37,134 nt of DNA from the IMG/VR virus record IMGVR_UViG_3300010429_001251. One strand, given 5' to 3'. This document shows positions 1 through 7,047 of this stretch, piece by piece. Source of the DNA: a virus. Its lineage: Duplodnaviria > Heunggongvirae > Uroviricota > Caudoviricetes. How positions within the stretch are numbered: the first letter of the stretch is position 1; every line of letters begins with the position of its first letter. The notes under the pieces are model-generated. The model saw only the letters and a list, made by a program, of their open reading frames with translations. It searched no databases and had not been told where the DNA came from. A program made the translations under genes and the position numbers.

Positions 1-210
1 ATTTAATGGGGGAATATAATCTTTAAAATACCTGTATAAATTTACAGATATTCTACTACTTCTACTTTTTAGAAAAACTAATATAGCCTCTTGTCTAATG
101 TCATCCACATCTTGAAGGGGTAATCCTTTAGCTATAAGTTTACTTATATTTTTCTCAATAGTCTTAAAGTAATTAAAGTCTCTTATTTTATTTTCTTTTA
201 TTAGTTTCAT
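1..210 (-). CDS. Hypothetical protein, runs off left edge; weak sigma-factor region 2-like motif
   Basis: Hand translation from ATG at 210 (RBS AGGAACAACA): MKLIKENKIRDFNYFKTIEKNISKLIAKGLPLQDVDDIRQEAILVFLKSR..., no stop before position 1. DDIRQEAILVFLK resembles the EDLxQEAFL helix of ECF sigma factors; product call is weak. Confidence 0.6.
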   Translation of the reverse strand, partial: MKLIKENKIRDFNYFKTIEKNISKLIAKGLPLQDVDDIRQEAILVFLKSRSSRISVNLYRYFKDYIPPLN

Positions 211-227
211 TGTTGTTCCTATAATTA

Positions 228-286
228 GCTTTTAATTAAATACTTCTAACCCTTGAAGTATTTAGGAAAAAGCCCATAAAGGGCTA
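228..286 (-). repeat. Double-hairpin intergenic element, copy 1
   Basis: TAAATACTTC(237-246)/GAAGTATTTA(255-264) plus AGCCC(271-275)/GGGCT(281-285); TAG stop of the 284..649 ORF lies in the stem. Confidence 0.9.
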
Positions 287-649
287 TTCTTCTAAAAACA
301 TCTTTTGGTAGATATTTTGATTTAAAGTATCTAACTCTTTAGATATTTTCTGTAAATTATTATTTATATTTTCCAAAGATTCTAATTGAGAGTTTTCTAC
401 TTCTTCATCTATACCCCATTCTTGTAATAGAATTACAGCAGTTTGCTCACTAATAACTAATCTGGTAATTTCTTTTTCTCGGTCAGTTAGAATTAGAATA
501 TATTTTCCATCCTCAATAGTCATATCCAACTCAGCATCAAAATTGTTACCCTCTTCCATATTAAAATCAGGAAGAAAAGTAAGATTAAGTTTGGATTTGG
601 TGTGGGCACACCCCATTAAATGAGCTAAATTGTCTGCTAAAATATTCAT
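284..649 (-). CDS. Hypothetical protein (121 aa, acidic, C-terminal coiled coil)
   Basis: ORF track; RBS AAGGAGACAA before ATG. Confidence 0.85.
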   Translation of the reverse strand: MNILADNLAHLMGCAHTKSKLNLTFLPDFNMEEGNNFDAELDMTIEDGKYILILTDREKEITRLVISEQTAVILLQEWGIDEEVENSQLESLENINNNLQKISKELDTLNQNIYQKMFLEE

Positions 650-677
650 ATTGTCTCCTTTTCTGTTTAGCTTCTAC

Positions 678-726
678 TTTCAAGATACATTAGATATATC
701 TTGAAATAAGAAGCCCATTAGGGCTA
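678..726 (-). repeat. Double-hairpin intergenic element, copy 2 (hairpin B has a different sequence)
   Basis: TTTCAAGATA(678-687)/TATCTTGAAA(697-706) plus AGCCC(712-716)/GGGCT(721-725); TAG of the 724..1137 ORF in the stem. Confidence 0.85.
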
Positions 727-1137
727 TATATTTACCTTGATATAAGGCATTCCTCCCGGTAAAGCTTTCCACATTTCTTTTGGAAATGGGTAGCTTATTT
801 TATTTACTCCAATGCCTAAGACGACAAGCTGCTCCATTGTCTGGTGTAAATCTGTCCAGTTATTTCCATCTTTATCAGTACACATATTAAGGAATGTCCA
901 TCCGTCTTTAAATTCGGAGGGGAGTTCATTTAAAAGCTCGGCAATATCAGCAGCATTAGCATCTAACCTAGCTTTATTTAAACCGAATCTGCTCAATACG
1001 CCTTGAATGAGAGTAACCTTTTCTTCGTTTATAGTGTTACCATTAACAAAGGTATTATCTCTCGCTTCGTCTGAGGTCAGCAAACACTCTCCAAAGATTC
1101 GGTTTACTGTATCACTGTTTAATTTTTTTGGTGGCAT
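724..1137 (-). CDS. Conserved phage hypothetical protein (137 aa)
   Basis: RBS AGGAGGACAA; motifs GWTFLNMCTDKDGNNWTDLHQTMEQLVVLG and ALPGGMPY recalled from a widespread phage family of unknown function. Confidence 0.85.
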   Translation of the reverse strand: MPPKKLNSDTVNRIFGECLLTSDEARDNTFVNGNTINEEKVTLIQGVLSRFGLNKARLDANAADIAELLNELPSEFKDGWTFLNMCTDKDGNNWTDLHQTMEQLVVLGIGVNKISYPFPKEMWKALPGGMPYIKVNI

Positions 1138-1322
1138 TTGTCCTCCTTTAATAAATCTGCGCCGTGGTACATTACATTTAATCTTTCTACAAGGTAATTA
1201 CAAGCAAGCATAAACTGCTCTTTAACCTCAGAGGGAATATCAGCCTCTTGAATAGTATCTTTAAACTTGTTTATCCTATTCATATCATTAACTATTATTT
1301 GCTTTTGTTCCTCTAAGGTCAT
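1119..1322 (-). CDS. Hypothetical protein (67 aa)
   Basis: RBS AAGGAGACAAG; 19-nt overlap with the next gene. Confidence 0.8.
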   Translation of the reverse strand: MTLEEQKQIIVNDMNRINKFKDTIQEADIPSEVKEQFMLACNYLVERLNVMYHGADLLKEDKCHQKN

Positions 1323-1338
1323 CTTGTCTCCTTTATTG

Positions 1339-1395
1339 GCTTTTAATTAAATAACTCCAAATATGAGCTATTTAGGAAAAAGCCCGTATGGGCTA
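1339..1395 (-). repeat. Double-hairpin intergenic element, copy 3
   Basis: GCTTTTAATTAAATA and TATTTAGGAAAAAGCCC identical to copy 1; stems 1348-1357/1365-1374 and 1381-1385/1390-1394; TAG in the stem. Confidence 0.9.
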
Positions 1396-1575
1396 GGGGG
1401 ATATATCAGCCTTGCATGATAGTATTCCATTATTATCGACTATGTTTATAGCGTGGCAGGTAGCTCTAATACATTGGTTATTATAGGCGCTAGGGTTAGC
1501 AAAATGCGCCGCTGTATACAATACTAATAGCATTGCCCCTATAAATAGACCCGTTTCAAAATGTGATCTGGTCAT
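1393..1575 (-). CDS. Small membrane-anchored protein (60 aa, 3 Cys)
   Basis: Start re-called at 1575 (MTRSHFETG...) because AAGGAGAATACA precedes it; hydrophobic segment LFIGAMLLVLYTAA. Confidence 0.7.
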   Translation of the reverse strand: MTRSHFETGLFIGAMLLVLYTAAHFANPSAYNNQCIRATCHAINIVDNNGILSCKADISP

Positions 1576-1720
1576 TGTATTCTCCTTCCATAATTGCAAA
1601 TATAACAGCTTCCATAAAGATATCATGCTTAGTAAGCTCTAATAGCTCTCTTATGTAAGCAACATCTTCATTGTTTTGAATACCCCTCTCAGGTACATAA
1701 TCCAGTATAAATCCAAGCAT
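1556..1720 (-). CDS. Hypothetical protein (54 aa), absent from ORF track
   Basis: MLGFILDYVPERGIQNNEDVAYIRELLELTKHDIFMEAVIFAIMEGEYNDQITF; RBS GAGAGGACAC; lies downstream of the promoter at 1757-1785. Confidence 0.7.
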   Translation of the reverse strand: MLGFILDYVPERGIQNNEDVAYIRELLELTKHDIFMEAVIFAIMEGEYNDQITF

Positions 1721-1756
1721 ATTCCGTGTCCTCTCAGGTTATTAACCTTTATATTG

Positions 1757-1785
1757 ATTTTACCATATAAAACAATATAAAACAA
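1757..1785 (-). promoter_or_regulatory. Sigma70/sigmaA-like promoter PL2
   Basis: TTGTTT-17 nt-TAAAAT with TGn extended -10. Confidence 0.6.
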
Positions 1786-1812
1786 TATACAATAAATAGT
1801 ATATACTTTTTA

Positions 1813-1977
1813 TTACTTTTCAAGTATCAATGGAGGCAGCTTATATGTTAATTGTTTAGGCGCCTCTTTAGTCTGAGGGTGCTTTAATTGGGTATTAACG
1901 TAATTAAATACGCTAAACTGAACAAATAGCAATGCTATTAGATTCATTACACATAAAAGGCTAAATAGTTTCTTCAT
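1813..1977 (-). CDS. Small protein with N-terminal hydrophobic helix (54 aa), absent from ORF track
   Basis: MKKLFSLLCVMNLIALLFVQFSVFNYVNTQLKHPQTKEAPKQLTYKLPPLILEK; RBS AAGGAGAACT. Confidence 0.7.
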   Translation of the reverse strand: MKKLFSLLCVMNLIALLFVQFSVFNYVNTQLKHPQTKEAPKQLTYKLPPLILEK

Positions 1978-1991
1978 AGTTCTCCTTTCTT

Positions 1992-2050
1992 CTAATTAAA
2001 TAACTCCTATTGTATGAGTTATTTAAAAAGAAGCCCATAGGAATGGGCTA
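1992..2050 (-). repeat. Double-hairpin intergenic element, copy 4
   Basis: TAAATAACTC(1997-2006)/GAGTTATTTA(2016-2025) plus AGCCCAT(2032-2038)/ATGGGCT(2043-2049). Confidence 0.9.
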
Positions 2051-2054
2051 AGGA

Positions 2055-2120
2055 TTATCTGGGTAATGAGTGTCTGATTTTATTGGCTAGTAAGTATATC
2101 TTAAAAAACGTAAATGACAT
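2055..2120 (-). CDS. Possible 21-aa microprotein
   Basis: GGAGAATTAT then ATG; MSFTFFKIYLLANKIRHSLPR*; fills the gap before hairpin copy 4. Confidence 0.4.
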   Translation of the reverse strand: MSFTFFKIYLLANKIRHSLPR

Positions 2121-2129
2121 ATAATTCTC

Positions 2130-2390
2130 CTAAATTTTATAGCTTTTTATAGCTCTACTCAAATTATTATCTCTAACGGCATAGGATCTATAATACACTT
2201 GCACGTCCAAAGATGATTTAGAATAAAAGTTTCCAGTAATTCCACAAAAAACTCTATGAGCTACATTGATTGGCTCAAAAGTAGCAATCCCTAATCCAGA
2301 ACATTTTTTACATAATGGATTAACAGCCCTGTGAGGGGTCTCACACTCAAATTTAGATAAGCACTTAATACAAGTATTCCACTCTTTCAT
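2130..2390 (-). CDS. Hypothetical Zn-finger-like protein (86 aa)
   Basis: CIKC...CKKC pairs; RBS AAAGGAAA. Confidence 0.75.
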   Translation of the reverse strand: MKEWNTCIKCLSKFECETPHRAVNPLCKKCSGLGIATFEPINVAHRVFCGITGNFYSKSSLDVQVYYRSYAVRDNNLSRAIKSYKI

Positions 2391-2434
2391 AATAATTTCC
2401 TTTCCAGATAATCTTCTCTCTAAATAATTTGTAT

Positions 2435-2455
2435 AAGAAAGCCCATTAAGGGCTA
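2435..2455 (-). terminator. Hairpin element copy 5 (hairpin A only), terminator-like
   Basis: AGCCC(2440-2444)/GGGCT(2450-2454); TAG of the 2453..2671 ORF in the stem, followed by TTCTT on the minus strand. Confidence 0.75.
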
Positions 2456-2671
2456 ATCATTTGAAAAACTAAAATCTACTCCGTAAATACCAGAAACGGC
2501 TTCTAAAATATCATCTGTATAGCCAATAATGCCGTGATAACTTAGCCAAGTATTAAAGGCTTCCAATTTAGTTAGCTCTTTAACCTTTTCTTCTGGGTTC
2601 TCAGCGTCATTGGATAAAAAATAATCTAATAAATCGTCTAAAACGTTCTCAGGCAATGTAGAAATATCCAT
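2453..2671 (-). CDS. Hypothetical acidic protein (72 aa)
   Basis: RBS AGGAGATTAACT before ATG. Confidence 0.8.
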   Translation of the reverse strand: MDISTLPENVLDDLLDYFLSNDAENPEEKVKELTKLEAFNTWLSYHGIIGYTDDILEAVSGIYGVDFSFSND

Positions 2672-2957
2672 AGTTAATCTCCTATATTAAAAAGCTCACA
2701 TAGCTTTCTAATACAAGTTATTTTAGAGGAGTCCTTGGATCCAAAAAATTCGGGGCTAATTTTATATTTTTAGTTATGTGTAAAATATAAACACATAGTA
2801 GAAACATAAAGGGAAATAGCCATACCTTAATCCAAATACAAAAAGCTCTTTTTTAGTCAAAAAAGCGTCCTGTCTGATTGGCATAAAGAACTATAATTGC
2901 ATACTTCCAAGGATTTGAATTTTCAAGGATAGCCTTGTTCTTCAGGTTTTGGTCTTA

Positions 2958-3520
2958 ACTTGTTTCCCCCCTTGCAGGGTATGGGGATTCCATACCCGCA
3001 TTGAGCTATTGAATGCTTTTGAGCAGTTCGTCCCTTTGTTCTGGGGTTAGTTTTGCTATTTTGTCTGATAGAGTTTGGACAGTTTCCTTTTTTGGTTTTG
3101 GGGCTGTTTTAGGTTTATTGTTTTTAACTGTCTGATGTAACTCTATAACAGAATTCATAGTGTTATCCACCCAGTCCAAGAACTCTGGGTTTTCTACCAC
3201 ATCTGGAGTTTCTTCGGTTTTGGTATTCAACGCTTTTATTCCCTTTAAATCATCTCTGACTCTTCTTAGGAATGTAACCGTTGAAAAACCGCCGGGAATG
3301 GATACTCCATTAACTCTAGTAGAAGGGTTTTTAGCCTGTTTAGTAGCAACCTCTTTAACTTCCTCTTTTTCAGGTTGTTCATTTTCAAGGGTTTCTACTT
3401 GTTCGGCTTGTTCTAATACTGCTACGTTTTGTTTCTTGTTGCTCATGGTTTTTCTCCTTTTCTTTATTTACTACAATGCTGGGATATACAAGTGTATACC
3501 CTGCAAGGGGAGAAACAAGT
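2958..3520. repeat. 25-bp inverted repeat pair (2958-2982 and 3496-3520) flanking the 3006..3446 gene
   Basis: ACTTGTTTCCCCCCTTGCAGGGTAT versus ATACCCTGCAAGGGGAGAAACAAGT; 24/25 complementary. Confidence 0.95.
3006..3446 (-). CDS. Hypothetical protein (146 aa, Glu/Lys-rich, possibly DNA-binding)
   Basis: RBS AAGGAGAAAAACC; charged flexible linkers; no recognised family. Confidence 0.85.
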   Translation of the reverse strand: MSNKKQNVAVLEQAEQVETLENEQPEKEEVKEVATKQAKNPSTRVNGVSIPGGFSTVTFLRRVRDDLKGIKALNTKTEETPDVVENPEFLDWVDNTMNSVIELHQTVKNNKPKTAPKPKKETVQTLSDKIAKLTPEQRDELLKSIQ

Positions 3521-3827
3521 ATATGAATGTCCACGTCTAAGCCCTCAAAAAATCGGGGCCGGTTTTTACTAAGTGTTATATTGAATGTAAATAAATACAT
3601 AAGTAATAACATTAGGGAGTAGACTTTCATCCTTTTAACCAGTCTGTTAGTTATTCAATTTTCAAGGTACGTATTAACCCCTCTGGGTTATAGTTTTATT
3701 TTACCTCTTCTTTTATTTAACCCAGTGAGTTAATGCTACTTAGTGTAGTTTTAAGGGTTAAAATTGTATGTGTCGAGGTTGAACACAATCGAATTTTTAA
3801 AATTGATTTATTTAATTCGATATAAGT

Positions 3828-3857
3828 ATTCTAGCATGAAAAACCAATAAAAAACAA
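3828..3857 (-). promoter_or_regulatory. Leftward promoter PL1
   Basis: TTGTTT-18 nt-TAGAAT with TGn extended -10. Confidence 0.5.
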
Positions 3858-3982
3858 TATTTAACAATAAAAAATAATACGTTTAATGTAGTAATTTATA
3901 AACCTTTAAGCAGTAAGGGTTCCGCCTAAAAACTCATGTTTACATTACTTAACAATAGGGGGCTGGGTTAGTATACTATACA

Positions 3983-4099
3983 AGGGTTTACACCTTATTG
4001 TATATGTACACATCAACGCTGAGAGGGTTCTGCTGTACGTGTGTAGGGGTTTATTATATCAGGGTGTATTTATACCCTATGTTATAAGGTGTAAACCCT
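3983..4099. repeat. Perfect 16-bp inverted repeat enclosing two smaller hairpins
   Basis: AGGGTTTACACCTTAT (3983-3998) / ATAAGGTGTAAACCCT (4084-4099). Confidence 0.9.
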
Positions 4100-4472
4100 C
4101 ATACTATATGTGTATACAATACTATACAGTCTATTTAGTCTTTTTATTTTATTAGTCAGTATATATAACACAATTACACAATAGTGTTATAGTTGTTTAT
4201 CTAATTGTTGTTATAACAACCGGACCCCCTCATTAGTTCTATCCAGCATACTGGGCAGCCGGCGGAGGAGGGGTCAGCAACTCGCTGCCTCTTTTATGGT
4301 TGACTATTAAGAAATGTAACAAAATTGCTAAGGGTGAAGGAGGTGCAGGGGTGCCCGGCACAGTCATGCCAAGGGTTCCAGGGCTTCTATCGGATCTGAC
4401 ACACTTTGCTTCCAAATATACAGTGTAGACTTACAACATATAAGCATAGTATAATATTTGCAAAAAACCTTT

Positions 4473-4500
4473 TTGACATTATTTTAATTTGTATTATTAT
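4473..4500 (+). promoter_or_regulatory. Sigma70-like promoter
   Basis: TTGACA-16 nt-TATTAT; a second candidate TAGACT-18 nt-TATAAT at 4426-4455. Confidence 0.55.
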
Positions 4501-4524
4501 ATGAATAACGAAATGTGTTATAAA

Positions 4525-4553
4525 CCCTGTGTCCTTACACAGGGATTTCTTTT
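4525..4553 (+). terminator. Intrinsic terminator-like hairpin
   Basis: CCCTGTGT-cctt-ACACAGGG followed by ATTTCTTTTT. Confidence 0.65.
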
Positions 4554-4719
4554 TACATTATGTAATTTGGGTAGAAGGAATCCTCAAAAATTTTTTGCTT
4601 CTGGTTTCAAAATTGATTTAGCTATACAAATTGGTTTTATAGGAGTGTCAAAAAACGCCGGGAAAACACAAACCTTTGAGCAAAAAGGTGGTGTTTTAAT
4701 AGTATATTTATATAAAAAG

Positions 4720-4748
4720 TTGACAGTTTTAATTTTTTATTGTTTAAT
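4720..4748 (+). promoter_or_regulatory. Rightward promoter PR for the small-gene operon
   Basis: TTGACA(4720-4725)-17 nt-TTTAAT(4743-4748), 31 nt before the ATG at 4780. Confidence 0.7.
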
Positions 4749-4779
4749 ATTGTCATAGGGTAAGAAGACAGGATCGAAT

Positions 4780-5064
4780 ATGGGTAACGAAAAAATAAAA
4801 AAGAGTATTACTTTGAATAGGCTACAAACGGATAAGCTAATTGAACTAAGTAATTATTTAGGAATTAGTGAAAATGCTGTTGTTGCTGTTGCCCTGAATA
4901 CCTTTCATAAAGAAGTATTTAGCGGCGCAAAAATTTTTAATGTGAGCCATAATACTAAAGTGGATGTTGATGCGGTTAAAGATGCAATTACTAAAAGCAT
5001 GATGAATTATAATCCTATGTATTATAAGGAGTCAGGTCCTGATACTGAGCCGAGATTGGACTAA
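4780..5064 (+). CDS. CopG/Arc-like ribbon-helix-helix transcriptional regulator
   Basis: KKSITLNRLQTDKLIELSNYLGISENAVVAVALNTF matches the beta-strand/helix/G-x-S/helix pattern of CopG; first gene after PR. Confidence 0.75.
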   Translation: MGNEKIKKSITLNRLQTDKLIELSNYLGISENAVVAVALNTFHKEVFSGAKIFNVSHNTKVDVDAVKDAITKSMMNYNPMYYKESGPDTEPRLD

Positions 5065-5210
5065 TGAGTGAAGTTAATAAGAAATGCACTAAATTTCCAT
5101 TGGAAGATGTTACTAAATATGATGTGTGGTATTGTCCTAACTTTTCGGGTAGGATAGTGCCAGGAGATAGCTTGTGTGCTCATTGCATACATACTAAGGA
5201 AGAAGAATGA
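5064..5210 (+). CDS. Cys-rich microprotein (48 aa), absent from ORF track
   Basis: MSEVNKKCTKFPLEDVTKYDVWYCPNFSGRIVPGDSLCAHCIHTKEEE; TAATG and ATGA couplings on both sides. Confidence 0.75.
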   Translation: MSEVNKKCTKFPLEDVTKYDVWYCPNFSGRIVPGDSLCAHCIHTKEEE

Positions 5211-5629
5211 ATACTAAGGGTCGTTGTACTTTTAATAATTTTTGTACAGGGTATGGAACTGAAAAATGCTATGAATGTGGTTATTATAGGAGGACTAATA
5301 TGATAACATTTAACTTAACTGAAGAACATATTAAACTTGCACGAAGGATGAATGTGTATTGGGATGACGCTATGTATTTAGGCGCTCCTGCAATTGATAT
5401 GAAAAGACCTTATGGCAATTCAGATGTGTTGGAAGACATTTTAGAGATACTGGATGAAAAGCCGGTAGAGGACGTTGATGAGCGCATTTATACTAAGAAG
5501 CAATATAAAAAGGCGGAGGCTTTGCATAGGGAAATGGAAACCGCCTTGCAGGTAATACTTGCTGCAGGATCCTTTGAGCCCGGAGTTTATACAGCCGAAA
5601 AATATAGAAATAATTGGAGGAAATCGTGA
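5207..5629 (+). CDS. Conserved phage hypothetical protein; strong alternative start at 5300
   Basis: AGGAGG before ATG 5300; motif FNLTEEHIKL...GAPAIDMKRPYGNSDV recalled from phage hypotheticals. Confidence 0.8.
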   Translation: MNTKGRCTFNNFCTGYGTEKCYECGYYRRTNMITFNLTEEHIKLARRMNVYWDDAMYLGAPAIDMKRPYGNSDVLEDILEILDEKPVEDVDERIYTKKQYKKAEALHREMETALQVILAAGSFEPGVYTAEKYRNNWRKS

Positions 5630-5892
5630 GAGAATTTACTTTTGGGATGTCGAGAGCAAGACTTATAAAGACAACAGCTACTTTAGTTTTAGGCACTGAT
5701 ATTTCTAGGCTAGAAATGTTTGCGGATAATTGCGATCAGGTGTATTGTTATTGTCCTCAAGAGAAGATTGGAAAAACTCGAGAAGAAATGGAAAAGGCTT
5801 TGGGAATATATTCCAAAGAAGATTTAATAAAGCTTCTACTTGATATGGTGGATAACGGAGTCGGTGGTCGTAAATGTAGGGAGGTAAGATGA
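5626..5892 (+). CDS. Hypothetical protein
   Basis: GGAGG then GTG at 5626 overlapping the upstream TGA. Confidence 0.7.
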   Translation: MREFTFGMSRARLIKTTATLVLGTDISRLEMFADNCDQVYCYCPQEKIGKTREEMEKALGIYSKEDLIKLLLDMVDNGVGGRKCREVR

Positions 5893-6317
5893 ATCCTACA
5901 TATATATTAGAAGTAATGGCTGAGATGGCTGATAATAACAATCGTTATATCCAGTATTTGGAAAAACATATAGCCAGTCTTACCCGCCAAAAAATTGCTT
6001 TGGAAGAGAAGTTTAATGAACTGCTGCACGAAAAAGCTAAAGGCGTTACTGCAAAACAGATACTTGAAAAGACAGAAGAAGAATTAAAGGCAACTATCGA
6101 GACAAAGCCTAAAAGGAAATATGAACGGAGTGGAAAATTTAAAAAAATGCTCAAATATTTAGGAATAGTTTTAATACTTATAATAGTAAGCGTTTTATGC
6201 CTCCTTATACTCTGGAAGTGGGCGGGGTTATGCCAAAAATATGAATGGCTATTTCCCCTAACCCCGTTCGCTATTTTAATACTTACGTTTGCGTATCTAA
6301 TTTATAGTTGGTTGTAG
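5889..6317 (+). CDS. Coiled-coil protein with two C-terminal TM helices
   Basis: ATGA overlap, RBS GGAGGT; heptad-like N-terminal half, hydrophobic C-terminal half from MLKYLG. Confidence 0.7.
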   Translation: MNPTYILEVMAEMADNNNRYIQYLEKHIASLTRQKIALEEKFNELLHEKAKGVTAKQILEKTEEELKATIETKPKRKYERSGKFKKMLKYLGIVLILIIVSVLCLLILWKWAGLCQKYEWLFPLTPFAILILTFAYLIYSWL

Positions 6318-6327
6318 GAGAAGAAAA

Positions 6328-6525
6328 ATGATTGATAGAGATGGAAAAGTAATTGTTGTAAGATGTGATAATTGCTCTAATGAATTTAGTGAATCTCATA
6401 TCTTCGATTTTAGTGAGGCTATGAGGGCGGCTAAAGAGGAGGGCTTTATTAATCGTCAAGTAGACGGGGAGTGGAAGAATTTTTGTTGTAAGGAATGTTT
6501 TGAGGAGTATAAAAGTGGACACTAA
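6328..6525 (+). CDS. Zn-ribbon-like small protein
   Basis: CDNC...CCKEC; RBS AGGAGA. Confidence 0.8.
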   Translation: MIDRDGKVIVVRCDNCSNEFSESHIFDFSEAMRAAKEEGFINRQVDGEWKNFCCKECFEEYKSGH

Positions 6526-6826
6526 TATAAGTAGATTCCAAAAGCTAAAAACAGGGTTAATGATTATTGATGGCGCCTTAATGGGTTATGATTTTAAAGA
6601 TCCATTTATGTGTACTAATAGTGAGAATTGTGACGACCTATTAATCCTAATAGACGACTGTGATGAGTATACGGAAGAACAAATTGAAGAGACAGAGAAA
6701 AAGGTAAAACAAGCCTTTGAATCTCATTTTAGGCAATTAAAGGAGTTAGGCTTTAGGTATATATCAGGACCGGATGAGCTTAACGATGATGGGTATTTAT
6801 TAGGCTTTGGGTTTGAGTTAAGTTAG
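6515..6826 (+). CDS. Hypothetical acidic protein
   Basis: GAGGAG then GTG at 6515. Confidence 0.75.
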   Translation: MDTNISRFQKLKTGLMIIDGALMGYDFKDPFMCTNSENCDDLLILIDDCDEYTEEQIEETEKKVKQAFESHFRQLKELGFRYISGPDELNDDGYLLGFGFELS

Positions 6827-6834
6827 GAGGACTA

Positions 6835-7047
6835 ATGAGTATATTAATTGATGATTTAATAGATTTAAATCCTAAAGAAAATATGGTTGAGCTGGTAACT
6901 ATTAGTAGATGGGGTAGACAGGTTGGCTGGTATATTGCAAAACCTCTGCCTTTTTATAGCATCGGTGCCTTAATTGGAAGAATAGGAGATGCCTGGAGAG
7001 TGTTAAACGATAAATCACGAGCTTATCATTATAAGGAGGACGAGTGA
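6835..7047 (+). CDS. Hypothetical protein (70 aa)
   Basis: RBS AGGAGG. Confidence 0.8.
   Translation: MSILIDDLIDLNPKENMVELVTISRWGRQVGWYIAKPLPFYSIGALIGRIGDAWRVLNDKSRAYHYKEDE

Noticed and set aside
812-1213. Plus-strand ORFs 812..1006 and 1007..1213
   Set aside because: Antisense shadows of RBS-bearing minus-strand genes
228-2455. Repeated hairpins as a CRISPR array or integron attC sites
   Set aside because: Spacing is irregular (about 400-660 nt, filled by genes); no cas or integrase gene in the window; no RYYYAAC/GTTRRRY cores
2718-2954. Minus-strand reading frame broken by one TAA (possible pseudogene)
   Set aside because: No start codon or RBS and no recognisable homology
2958-3520. 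Retron a1/a2 repeats or transposon TIRs
   Set aside because: No reverse transcriptase or transposase in the window; enclosed DNA is a coding gene; no target-site duplication seen
3160-3630. ORFs 3160..3540 (+) and 3385..3630 (-)
   Set aside because: The first is antisense to a real gene; the second has poor RBS spacing, crosses the repeat arm and overlaps the next gene
3675-3970. GGGTTA/TAACCC telomere-like hexamers
   Set aside because: Five dispersed copies, not tandem; better treated as part of the GGGTT motif enrichment
4489-4758. 89-aa ORF in the control region
   Set aside because: No RBS; runs across a promoter, a terminator and hairpins
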